Source: Eledone cirrhosa (taxonomy: Eukaryota). From it: DNA of 64,000 nucleotides. The notes below the pieces were generated by a model. The model searched no databases and was not told the origin of the DNA. It was given only the letters and a program-made list of their open reading frames with translations. A program made the translations under genes and the position numbers. The stretch covers positions 30,814,001-30,878,000 of the forward strand of contig OZ024760.1 in assembly GCA_964016885.1 (NCBI GenBank), given 5' to 3'. Shown here piece by piece: positions 1 through 14,300 of this stretch; position 1 is the first letter of the stretch; every line of letters begins with the position of its first letter.

Positions 1-589
1 TGTAATGTAATGTAATGTATAATGTAATGTAATGTAATGTAATGTAATGTAATGTGTAATGTAATGTAATGTAATGTAATGTAATGTAATGTAATGTAAT
101 GTAATGTAATGTAATGTAATGTAATGTAATGTATAATGTAAGGTAACCTAATGTAATGTAACGTAATGTAACGTGTAATGTAATGTAATGTAATGTAATG
201 TAATGTGTAATGTAATGTAATGTAATGTAATGTAATGTAATGTAATGTAATGTAATGTGTGATGTAATGTAATGTAATGTGTAATGTAATGTAATGTAAT
301 GTGTAATGTAATATAATGTAATGTAATGTAATGTAATGCAATGTAATGTAATGTAATGTGTAATGTAATGTAACATAATGTGTAATGTAATGTAACGTAA
401 TGTGTAATGTAATGTAATGTAATGTAATGTATAATGTAATGTAATGTAATTTAATGTGTAATGTAATGTAATGTAATGTAATGTAACGTAATGTAATGTA
501 ATGTAATGTAATGTGTAAGGTGTAATGTAATGTAATGTAATATAATGTAATGTGTAATGTAATGTAACGTAATGTGTAATGTAATGTAA

Positions 590-3500
590 TGTAATGTGTA
601 ACGTAATGTAATATAATATAATATAATATAATATAATATAATATAATATAACATCACATAATATGTAATGAAATGTAATGTAATGTAATATAATGTAATA
701 TAATGTAATGTAATGTAATGTAATGTAATGTAATGTGTAATGTAATGTAATGTAATGTAATGTAATGTAATGTGTAATGTAAGGTAACATAATGTAATGT
801 AATGTAATGTAATGTGTAATGTAATGTAATGTAATGTGTAATGTAATGTAATATAATATAATATAATATAATATAATATAACATCACATAATATGTAATG
901 TAATGTAATGAAATGTAATATAATGTAATTTAATGTAATGTAATGTAATGTAATGTAATGTAATGTAATGTAATGTGTAATGTAATGTAATGTAATGTAA
1001 TGTAATGTGTAATGTAATGTAATGTAATGTGTAATGTAATGTAATATAATATAATATAATATAATATAATATAATATAATATAACATCACATAATATGTA
1101 ATGAAATATAATGTAATGTAATATAATGTAATGTAATGTAATGTAATGTAATGTAATGTAATGTAATGTAATGTAATGTAATGTAATGTGTAATGTAAGG
1201 TAACATAATGTAATGTAATGTAATGTAATGTGTAATGTAATGTAATGTAATGTAATGTAATGTGTAATTTAATGCAATGTAATGTAATGTAACGTAATGT
1301 GTAATGTAATGTAATGTAATGTGTAATGTAATGTAATATAATATAATATAATATAATATAATATAACATCACATAATATGTAATGTAATGTAATGTAATG
1401 TAATGTAATGTAATGTAATGTAATGTGTAATGTAAGGTAACATAATGTAATGTAATGTAATGTAATGTGTAATGTAATGTAATGTAAAGTAATGTGTAAT
1501 GTAATGTAATGTAATGTAATGTAATATAAAATAATGTAATGTGTAATGTAATGTAATGTAATGTAATGTAATGTAATGTAATGTAATGTAATGTGTAATG
1601 TAATGTAATGTAATGTAATGTGTAATGTAATGTAATGTAATGTAATGTAATGTGTAATGTCATGTAATGTAATGTAAAGTGTAATGTAATGTAATGTAAT
1701 GTAATGTGTAATGTAAGGTAATGTAATGTAATGTAATGTAACGTGTAATGTAATGTAATGTAATGTAATGTAATGTAATGTAATGTGTAATGTAATGTAA
1801 TGTAATGTAATGTAATGTAATGTAATGTAATGTAATGTAATGTAATGTAATGTAATGTAATGTAATGTAATGTAATGTAATGTGTAATGTAATGTAACGT
1901 AATGTGTAATGTAATGTAATGTAATGTGTAATGTAATATAATGTAATGTAATGTAATGTAATGTAATGCAATGTAATGTAATGTAATGTGTAATGTAATG
2001 TAACATAATGTGTAATGTAATGTAACGTAATGTGTAATGTAATGTAATGTAATGTAATGTATAATGTAATGTAATGTAATTTAATGTGTAATGTAATGTA
2101 ATGTAATGTAATGTAATGTAACGTAATGTAATGTAATGTAATGTAATGTGTAAGGTGTAATGTAATGTAATGTAATATAATGTAATGTGTAATGTAATGT
2201 AACGTAATGTGTAATGTAATGTAATGTAATGTGTAATGTAATGTAATATAATATAATATAATATAATATAATATAATATAACATCACATAATATGTAATG
2301 AAATGTAATGTAATGTAATATAATGTAATGTAATGTAATGTAATGTAATGTAATGTAATGTGTAATGTAATGTAATGTAATGTAATGTAATGTAATGTGT
2401 AATGTCAGATAACATAATGTAATGTAATGTAATGTAATGTGTAATGTAATGTAATGTAATGTGTAATGTAATGTAATACAATATAATATAATATAATATA
2501 ATATAACATCACATAATATGTAATGTAATGTAATGAAATGTAATATAATATAATATAATATAATATAACATCACATAATATGTAATGTAATGTAATGTAA
2601 TGTAATATAATGTAATTTAATGTAATGTAATGTAATGTAATGTAATGTGTAATGTAATGTAATGTAATGTAATCTAATGTGTAATGTAATGTGTAATGTA
2701 ATGTAATGTAATGCAATGTAATGTAATGTAATGTGTAATGTAATGTAATGTAATGTAATGTAATGTAAAGTAATGTGTAATGTAATGTAATGTAATGTAA
2801 CCTAATGTAATGTAATGTAATGTGTAATGTAATGTAATGTATTGTGTAATGTAATGTAATGTAATGTGTAATGTAATGTAATGTGTAATGTCATGTAATG
2901 TAATGTGTAATGTAATGTAATGTAATGTAATGTGTAATGTAAGGTAATGTAATGTAATGCAATGTAATGTAATGTGTAATGTAATGTAATGTAATCTAAT
3001 GTAATGTAATGTATTGTAATGTAACGTGTAATGTAATGTAATGTAATGTAATGTAATGTAGTGTAATGTAATGTAATGTGTAATGTAATGTAATGTAATG
3101 TAATGTAATGTAATGTAATGTAATGTAATGTAATGTTATGTAATGTAATGTAATGTGCAATGTAATGTAATGTAATGTAATGTGTAATGTAATGTAATGT
3201 AATGTAATGTAATGTGTAATGTCATGTAATGTAATGTAATGTGTAATGTAATGTAATGTAATGTAATGTAATGTGTAATGTAAGGTAACGTAATGTAATG
3301 TAATGTAATGTAATGTAATGTAATGTAATGTAATGTAATGTAATGTAATGTAATGTAATGTAATGTATGGTAATGTAATGTAATGTAATGTAATGTGTAA
3401 TGTAATGTAATATAATATAATATAATATAATATAATATAATATAACATCACATAATATGTAACGTAATGTAATGTAATGTAATATAATGTAATTTAATGT

Positions 3501-6500
3501 AACGTAATGTAATGTAATGTAATGTAATGTAATGTGTAATGTAATGTAATGTAATGTAATCTAATGTGTAATGTAATGTGTAATGTAATGTAATGTAATG
3601 CAATGTAATGTAATGTAATGTGTAATGTAATGTAATGTAATGTAATGTAATTTAATGTAAAGTAATGTGTAATGTAATGTAATGTAATGTAACCTAATGT
3701 AATGTAATGTAATGTGTAATGTAATGTAATGTATTGTGTAATGTAATGTAATGTAATGTGTAATGTAATGTAATGTGTAATGTCATGTAATGTAATGTGT
3801 AATGTAATGTAATGTAATGTAATGTGTAATGTAAGGTAATGTAATGTAATGCAATGTAATGTAATGTGTAATGTAATGTAATGTAATCTAATGTAATGTA
3901 ATGTATTGTAATGTAACGTGTAATGTAATGTAATGTAATGTAATGTAATGTAGTGTAATGTAATGTAATGTGTAATGTAATGTAATGTAATGTAATGTAA
4001 TGTAATGTAATGTAATGTAATGTTACGTAATGTAATGTAATGTGCAATGTAATGTAATGTAATGTAATGTGTAATGTAATGTAATGTAATGTAATGTGTA
4101 ATGTCATGTAATGTAATGTGTAATGTAATGTAATGTAATGTAATGTGTAATGTAAGGTAACGTAATGTAATGTAATGTAATGTAATGTAATGTAATGTAA
4201 TGTAATGTAATGTAATGTAATGTAATGTAATGTAATGTAATGTATGGTAATGTAATGTAATGTAATGTAATGTGTAATGTAATGTAATATAATATAATAT
4301 AATATAATATAATATAACATCACATAATATGTAACGTAATGTAATGTAATGTAATATAATGTAATTTAATGTAACGTAATGTAATGTAATGTAATGTAAT
4401 GTGTAATGTAATGTAATGTAATGTGTAATGTAAGGTAATGTAATGTAATGCAATGTAATGTGTAATGTAATGTAATGTAATGTAATCTAATGTAATGTAA
4501 TGTATTGTAATGTAACGTGTAATGTAATGTAATGTAATGTAATGTAATGTAATGTAATGTAATGTAATGTGTAATGTAATGTGATGTAATGTAATGTAAT
4601 GTAATGTAATGTTATGTTATGTAATGTAATGTAATGTGTAATGTAATGTAATGTAATGTAATGTGTAATGTAATGTAATGTAATGTAATGTAATGTAATG
4701 TAATGTGTAATGTCATGTAATGTAATGTAATGTGTAATGTAATGTAATGTAATGTAACGTGTAATGTAATATAATGTAATGTAATGTAATGTAATGCAAT
4801 GTAATGTAATGTAATGTGTAATGTAATGTAACATAATGTGTAATGTAATGTAACGTAATGTGTAATGTAATGTAATGTAATGTAATGTAATGTAATGTAA
4901 CGTAATGTAATGTAATGTAATGTAATGTGTAAGGTGTAATGTAATGCAATGTAATGTAATGTAATATAATGTAATGTGTAATGTAATGTAACGTAATGTG
5001 TAATGTAATGTAATGTAATGTGTAATGTAATGTAATATAATATAATATAATATAATATAATATAACATCACATAATATGTAATGAAATGTAATGTAATGT
5101 AATATAATGTAATGTAATGTAATGTAATGTAATGTAATGTAATGTAATGTAATGTAATGTAATGTGTAATGTAATGTAATGTAATGTAATGTAATGTAAT
5201 GTGTAATGTAAGGTAACATAATGTAATGTAATGTAATGCAATGTGTAATGTAATGTAATGTGTAATGTAATGTAATATAATATAATATAATATAATATAA
5301 CATCACATAATATGTAATGTAATGTAATGAAATGTAATATAATGTAATTTAATGTAATGTAATGTAATGTAATGTAATGTGTAATGTAATGTAATGTAAT
5401 GTAATGTAATGTGTAATGTAATGTAATGTAATGTGTAATGTAATGTAATATAATATAATATAATATAATATAATATAACATCACATAATATGTAATGAAA
5501 TATAATGTAATGTAATATAATGTAATGTAATGTAATGTAATGTAATGTAATGTAATGTAATGTAATGTAATGTAATGTAATGTAATGTGTAATGTAAGGT
5601 AACATAATGTAATGTAATGTAATGTAAGGTGTAATGTAATGTAATGTAATGTAATGTAATGTGTAATTTAATGTAATGTAATGTAATGTAACGTAATGTG
5701 TAAAGTAATGTAATGTAATGTGTAATGTAATGTAATATAATATAATATAATATAATATAATATAATATAACATCACATAATATGTAATGTAATGTAATGT
5801 AATGTAATATAATGTAATTTAATGTAATGTAATGTAATGTAATCTAATGTGTAATGTAATGTGTAATGTAATGTAATGTAATGCAATGTAATGTAATGTA
5901 ATGTGTAATGTAATGTAATGTAATGTAATGTAATGTAAAGTAATGTGTAATGTAATGTAATGTAATGTAACCTAATGTAATGTAATGTAATGTAATGTGT
6001 AATGTAATGTAATGTATTGTGTAATGTAATGTAATGTAATGTGTAATGTAATGTAATGTGTAATGTCATGTAATGTAATGTGTAATGTAATGTAATATAA
6101 TGTAACGTGTAATGTAAGGTAATGTAATGTAATGCAATGTAATGTAATGTGTAATGTAATGCAATGTAATGTAATCTAATGTAATGTAATGTATTGTAAT
6201 GTAACGTGTAATGTAATGTAATGTAATGTAATGTAATGTAGTGTAATGTAATGTAATGTGTAATGTAATGTAATGTAATGTAATGTAATGTAATGTAATG
6301 TAATGTTACGTAATGTAATGTGTAATGTAATGTAATGTACTGTAATGTGTAATGCAATGTAATGTAATGTAATGTAATGTGTAATGTCATGTAATGTAAT
6401 GTAATGTGTAATGTAATGTAATGTAATGTAATGTGTAATGTAAGGTAACGTAATGTAATGTAATGTAATGTAATGTAATGTAATGTAATGTAATGTAATG

Positions 6501-6650
6501 TAATGTAATGTAATGTAATGTAATGTAATGTATGGTAATGTAATGTAATGTAATGTAATGTGTAATGTAATGTAATATAATATAATATAATATAATATAA
6601 TATAACATCACATAATATGTAATGTAATGTAATGTAATGTAATATAATGT
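590..6650. repeat. Satellite domain A: irregular higher-order units marked by a nested (TAATA)n tract followed by ACATCACATAATATG
   Basis: ACATCACATA counted 14 times (651, 881, 1084, 1366, 2281, 2506, 2568, 3445, 4317, 5065, 5300, 5478, 5770, 6605), each preceded by several TAATA units. Not seen after about 6.6 kb. Confidence 0.9.
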
Positions 6651-7099
6651 AATTTAATGTAACGTAATGTAATGTAATGTAATGTAATGTGTAATGTAAT
6701 GTAATGTAATGTAATCTAATGTGTAATGTAATGTGTAATGTAATGTAATGTAATGCAATGTAATGTAATGTAATGTGTAATGTAATGTAATGTAATGTAA
6801 TGTAATGTAATGTAATGTAAGGTAATGTGTAATGTAATGTAATGTAATGTAACCTAATGTAATGTAATGTAATGTAATGTGTAATGTAATGTAATGTAGT
6901 GTGTAATGTAACGTAATGTAATGTGTAATGTAATGTAATGTAATGTGTAATGTCATGTAATGTAATGTAATGTGTAATGTAATGTAATGTAATGTAATGT
7001 GTAATGTAATGTAATGTAATGTAATCTAATGTAATGTAATGTATTGTAATGTAACGTGTAATGTAATGTAATGTAATGTAATGTAATGTAATGTGTAAT

Positions 7100-10000
7100 G
7101 TAATGTAATGTAATGTAATGTAATGTAATGTTATGTAATGTAATGTAATGTGTAATGTAATGTAATGTAATGTAATGTGTAATGTAATGTAATGTAATGT
7201 AATGTAATGTAATGTAATGTAATGTGTAATGTCATGTAATGTAATGTAATGTGTAATGTAATGTAATGTAATGTAATGTAATGTAATATAATGTGTAATG
7301 TAAGGTAACGTAATGTAATGTAATGTAACGTAATGTAATGTAATGTAATGTAATGTAATGTAATGTAATGTAATGTAATGTAATGTAATGTAATGTAATG
7401 TATGGTAATGTAGTGTAATGTAATGTGTAATGTAATGTAATGTAATGTAATGTAATGTAATGTAAAGTAATGTAATGTCTAATGTAATGTAGTGTAACGT
7501 AATGTAATGTAATGTAATGTGTAATGTAATGTAATGTAATGTCTAATGTAATGTAATGTAATGTAATGCATAATGTAATGTAATGTAATGTAATGTGTAA
7601 TGTAATGTGTAATGTAATGTAATGTAATGTAATGTAATGTGTAATGTAATGAGTAATGTAATGTAATGTAACGTAATGTAATGTAATGTAATGTAATGTA
7701 ATGTAATGTAATGTAATGTAATGTGTAACGTAATGTGTAATGTAATGTAATGTAATGTAATGTAATGTAATGTAATGTGTAATGTAATGTGTAATGTAAT
7801 GTAATGTAACGTAATGTAATGGAAAGTGTAACGTAATGTAATGTAATGTAATGTAATGTAATGTAATGTAATGTAATGTGTAATGTAATGTAATGTATAA
7901 TGTAATATAATGTAATGTAATGAAATGTAATGTAACGTAATGTAATGTAACATGTAACGTAATGTAATGTAATGTAATGTAATGTGTAATGTGTAATGTG
8001 TAATGTGTAATGTAATGTAATGTAATGTAATGTAATGTGCAATGTAATGTAATGTAATGTAATGTAATGTAACGTGTAATGTAACGTAATGTAATGTAAT
8101 GTAATGTAATGTGTAATGTAATGTAATGTAATGTAATGTAATGTAATGTAATCTAATGTAATGTCTAATGTAATGTAATGTATTGTAATGTAATGTGTAA
8201 TGTAATGTAATGTAATGTAATGTAATGTAATGTAATGTGTAATGTAATGTAATGTAATGAAATGTAATGTAATGTGTAATGTAATGTAACGTAATGTAAT
8301 GTGTAATGTAATGTAATGTAATGTAATGTAATGTAATGTAATGTAATGTAATATAATGTGTAATGTAATGTAACGTAATGTAATGTAATGTAAAGTGTAA
8401 CGTAATGTAATGTAATGTAATGTAATGTGTAATGTAATGTAATGTAACGTAATGTGTAATGTAATGTAATGTAATATAAAGTAATGTAATGTGTAATGTA
8501 ATGTAATGTAATGTAATGTAATGTGTAATGTAATGTAATATAATGTAATGTAATGTAATGTGTAATGTAATGTAATGTAATGTAATGTAATGTAATGTAA
8601 TGTGTAATGTAATGTAATGTAAAGTGTAATGTAATGTAATGTAATGTAATGTGTAATGTAAGGTAATGTAATGTAATGTAATGTAACGTAATGTGTAATG
8701 TAATGTAATGTAATGTAATGTAATGTAACGTGTAATTTAATGTAATGTAATGTAATGTAATGTAATGTGTAATGTAATGTAATGTAATGTAATGTGTAAT
8801 GTGTAATGTAATGTAATGTAATGTAATGTAATGTAATGTAATGTAATGTAATGTAATGTGTAATGTAATGTAATGTAATGTAATGTAATGTGTAATGTGT
8901 AATGTAATGTATGGTAATGTAATGTAATGTAATGTAATGTGTAATATAATGTAATGTAATGTAATGTAATGTAATGTAATGTATGGTAATGTAATGTAAT
9001 GTAATGTGTAATGTAACGTAATGTAATGTAATGTAATGTAATGTAATGTAATGTAATGTCTAATGTAATGTAATGTATTGTAATGTAATGTGTAATGTAA
9101 TGTAATGTAATGTAATGTAATGTAATGTAATGTGTAATGTAATGTGTAATGTAATGTAATGTAATGTAATGTAATGTAATGTAATGTGTAATGTAATGTG
9201 TAATGTAATGTAATGTAACGTAATGTAATGTAATGTGTAATGTAATGTAATTTAATGTAATCTAATGTGTAATGTAATGTAATGTGTAATGTAATGTAAT
9301 GTATAATGTAATGTAATGTAATGTAATGTAATGTAATGTAATGTAATGTAATTTAATGTAATGTGTAATGTAATGTAATGTAATGTAATGTAATGTGTAA
9401 TGTAATGTAATGTAATGTAATGTAATGTAATGTGTAATGAAATGTAATGTAATGTAATGTAATGTAATGTAACGTACTGTGTAATGTAATGTAATGTAAT
9501 GTATAATGTAATGTATAATGTAATGTAATGTAATGTAATGTGTAATGTCATGTAATGTAATGTAATGTAATGTAATGTAATGTAATGTAATGTAATGTAA
9601 TGTAATGTATAATGTAAGGTAACCTAATGTAATGTAACGTAATGTAACGTGTAATGTAATGTAATGTAATGTAACGTGTAATATAATGTAATGTAATGTA
9701 ATGTAATGTAATTTGTAATGTAATGTAATGTAATGTAATGTAATGTAATGTAATGTAATGTAATGTAATGTAATGTATAATGTAAGGTAACCTAATGTAA
9801 TGTAACGTAATGTAACGTGTAATGTAATGTAATGTAATGTAACGTGTAATGTAATGTAATGTAATGTAATGTAATGTAATTTGTAATGTAATGTAATGCA
9901 ATGTAATGTAATGTAATGTAATGTAATGTAATGTGTAATGTAATGTAATGTAATGTTATGTAATGTAATGTAATGTGTAATGTAATGTAATGTAATGTAA

Positions 10001-11000
10001 TGTGTAATGTAATGTAATGTAATGTAATGTAATGTAATGTGTAATGTCATGTAATGTAATGTAATGTGTAATGTAATGTAATGTAATGTAATGTAATGTA
10101 ATGTAATGTGTAATGTAAGGTAACGTAATGTAATGTAATGTAATGTAACGTAATGTAATGTAATGTAATGTAATGTAATGTAATGTAATGTAATGTAATG
10201 TAATGTAATGTAATGTAATGTAATGTAATGTATGGTAATGTAGTGTAATGTAATGTGTAATGTAATGTAATGTAATGTAATGTAATGTAATGTAATGTAA
10301 TGTCTAATGTAATGTAGTGTAACGTAATGTAATGTAATGTAATGTGTAATGTAATGTAATGTAATGTCTAATGTAATGTAATGTAATGTAATGTAATGTG
10401 TAATGTAATGTGTAATGTAATGTAATGTAATGTAATGTAATGTAATGTAATGTAATGTGTAATGTAATGAGTAATGTAATGTAATGTAACGTAATGTAAT
10501 GTAATGTAATGTAATGTAATGTAATGTAATGTAATGTGTAACGTAATGTGTAATGTAATGTAATGTAATGTAATGTGTAACGTAATGTGTAATGTAATGT
10601 AATGTAATGTAATGTAATGTAATGTGTAATGTAATGTGTAATGTAATGTAATGTAACGTAATGTAATGGAAAGTGTAACGTAATGTAATGTAATGTAATG
10701 TAATGTAATGTAATGTAATGTGTAATGTAATGTAATGTATAATGTAATATAATGTAATGTAATGAAATGTAATGTAACGTAATGTAATGTAACGTGTAAC
10801 GTAATGTAATGTAATGTAATGTAATGTAATGTAATGTAATGTGTAATGTGTAATGTGTAATGTAATGTAATGTAATGTAATGTAATGTGTAATGTAATGT
10901 AATGTAATGTAATGTAATGTAATGTAACGTAATGTAATGTAATGTAATGTAATGTAATGTAATGTAATGTAATGTAATGTAATGTAATGTAATGTAATGT
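7100..11000. repeat. Satellite domain B: contains a block duplicated at about 2.83 kb spacing (boundaries approximate)
   Basis: Paired rare variants in the same order: TATGGTAATGTAGTG at 7401/10231, GAGTAATG at 7651/10469, GGAAAGTG at 7821/10668. Confidence 0.75.
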
Positions 11001-11399
11001 AATGTAATGTCTAATGTAATGTAATGTATTGTAATGTAATGTGTAATGTAATGTAATGTAATGTAATGTAATGTGTAATGTAATGTAATGTAATGTAATG
11101 TAATGTAATGTAACGTGTAATGTAACGTAATGTAATGTAATGTAATGTAATGTAATGTAATGTAATGTAATGTAATGTAATGTAATGTAATGTAATGTAA
11201 TGTCTAATGTAATGTAATGTAATGTAATGTAATGTGTAATGTAATGTAATGTAATGTAACGTAATGTAATGTAATGTGTAATTTAATGTAATGTAATGTA
11301 ATGTAATGTAATGTGTAATGTAATGTAATGTAATGTAATGTAATGTAATGTAATGTAATGTAATGTATAATGTAATGTAATGTAATGTAATGTGTAATG

Positions 11400-14300
11400 C
11401 AATGTAATGTAATGTAATGTAATGTAATGTAATGTTATATAATGTAATGTAATGTGTAATGTAATGTAATGTAATGTAATGTAATGTGTAATGTAATGTA
11501 ATGTGTAATGTAATGTAATGTAATGTAATGTAATGTAATGTAATGTAATGTAATGTGTAATGTAATGTAATGTAATGTGTAATGTAATGTAATGTAATGT
11601 AATGTAACGTAATGTAATGTAATGTAATGTAATGTAATGTAATGTAATGTAATGTTTAATGTAATGTAATGTGTAATGTAATGTAATGTAATGTAATGTA
11701 ATGTAATGTGTAATGCAATGTAATGTAATGTAATGTAATGTAATGTAATGTGTAATGTAATGTAATGTAATGTAACGTAATGTGTAATGTAATGTAATGT
11801 AACGTGTAATGTAATGTAATGTATAATGTAATGTAATGTAATGTAATGTAATGTAATGTAATGTAACGTAATGTGTAATGTAATGTAATGTAATGTGTAA
11901 TGTAATGTAATGTAATGTAATGTAATGTAATGTAATGTAATGTAATGTAATGTAATGTGCAATTTAATGTAATGTAATGTAATGTAATGTGTAATGTAAT
12001 GTAATGTAATGTAATGTAAAGTAATGTGTAATGTATAATGTAACGTAATGTAATGTAATGTAATGTAATGTAATGTGTAATGTAATGTAATGTAATTTAG
12101 TGTAATGTAATGTAATGTAATGTAATGTAATGTAATGTAATGTAATGTGTAATGTAATGTAATGTAATGTAATGTAATGTAATGTAAGTAATGTAAGTAA
12201 TGTAATGTGTAATGTAATGTAATGTAATGTAATGTGTAATGTAATGTAATGTAATTTAATGTGTAATGTCATGTAATGTAATGTAACGTGTAATGTAATG
12301 TAATGTAATGTAATGTAATGTAATGTAATGTAATGTAATGTAATGTAATGTAATGTGTAATGTAATGTAATGTAATGTAATGTCAAATGTAATGTAATGT
12401 AATGTAATGTGTAATGTAATGTAATGTAATGTAATGTAATGTAATGTAATGTAATGTAATGTGTAATGTAATGTAATGTAATGTAATGTAATGTAAAGTA
12501 ATGTAATGTAATGTAATGTAATGTAATGTAATGTAATGTAATGTGTAATTTAATGTAATGTAATGTAATGTAATGTGTAATGTAATGTAATGTAATGTAA
12601 TGTGTAATTTGTAATGTAATGTAATGTAATGTAATGTAATGTAATGTGTAATGTAATGTAATGTAATGTAGTGTAATGCAATGTAATGTAATGTAATGTA
12701 ATGTAATGTGTAATGTAATGTAATGTAATGTAATGTAATGTAATGTAATGTAATGTAATGCATAATGTAATGTAATGTAATGTAATGTGTAATGCAATGT
12801 AATGTAATGTAATGTAATGTAATATAATGTAATGTAATGTGTAATGTAATGTAATGTAATGTAATGTAATGTGTAATGTAATGTAATGTAATGTGTAATG
12901 TAATGTAATGTAATGTAATGTAATGTAATGTAATGTAATGTGTAATGTAATGTAATGTAATGTGTAATGTAATGTAATGTAATGTAACGTAATGTAATGT
13001 AATGTGTAATGTAATGTAATGTAATGTAATGTAATGTAATGTAATGTTTAATGTAATGTAATGTGTAATGTAATGTAATGTAATGTAATGTAATGTAATG
13101 TAATGTGTAATGTAATGTAATGTAATGTAATGTAATGTAATGTAATGTGTAATGCAATGCAATGTAATGTAATGTAATGTAATGTAATGTAATGTAATGT
13201 AATGTAATGTAATGTAATATAATGTAATGTAATGTGTAATGTAATGAATGTAATGTAATGTAATGTAATGTAATGTAATGTAATGTAATGTAATGTGTAA
13301 TGTAATGTAATGTAATGTAATGTAATGTAATGTAATGTGTAATGTAATGTAATGTAATGTAATGTGTAATGTAATGTAATGTAATGTAATGTAACGTAAT
13401 GTAATGTAATGTGTAACGTAATGTAATGTAATGTAATGTAATGTAATGTAATGTATAATGTAATGTAATGTAATGTAATGTGTAATGCAATGTAATGTAA
13501 TGTAATGTAATGTAATATAATGTAATGTAATGTAATGTGTAATGTAATGTAATGTAATGTAATGTAATGTAATGTAATGTGTAATGTAATGTAATGTGTA
13601 ATGTAATGTAATGTAATGTAATGTAATGTAATGTAATGTAATGTGTAATGTAATGTAATGTAATGTGTAATGTAATGTAATGTAATGTAACGTAATGTAA
13701 TGTGTAATGTAATGTAATGTAATGTAATGTAATGTAATGTAATGTTTAATGTAATGTAATGTGTAATGTAATGTAATGTAATGTAATATAATGTAATGTA
13801 ATGTAATGTAATGTGTAACGTAATGTAATGTGTAATGTAATGTAATGTAATGTAATGTAATGTAATGTGTAATGCAATGTAATGTAATGTAATGTAATGT
13901 AATGTAATGTAATGTAACGTGTAATGTAATGTAATGTAATGTAACGTAATGTGTAATGTAATGTAATGTAATGTAATGTATAATGTAATGTAATGTAATG
14001 TAATGTAATGTAATTAATGTAATGTAATGTGTAATGTAATGTAATTTAATGTAATGTAATGTAATGTAATGTGTAATGTGTAATGTAATGTAATGTAGTG
14101 TAATGTAATGTGTAATGTAATGTAATGTAATGTAATGTAATGTAATGTAATGTAATGTGTAATGTAATGTAATGTAATGTAATGTCTAATGTAATGTAAT
14201 GTAATGTAATGTAATGTAATGTAATGTAATGTAATGTAATGTAATGTGTAATGTAACGTAATGTAATGTAATGTAATGTGTAATTTAATTTAATGTAATG

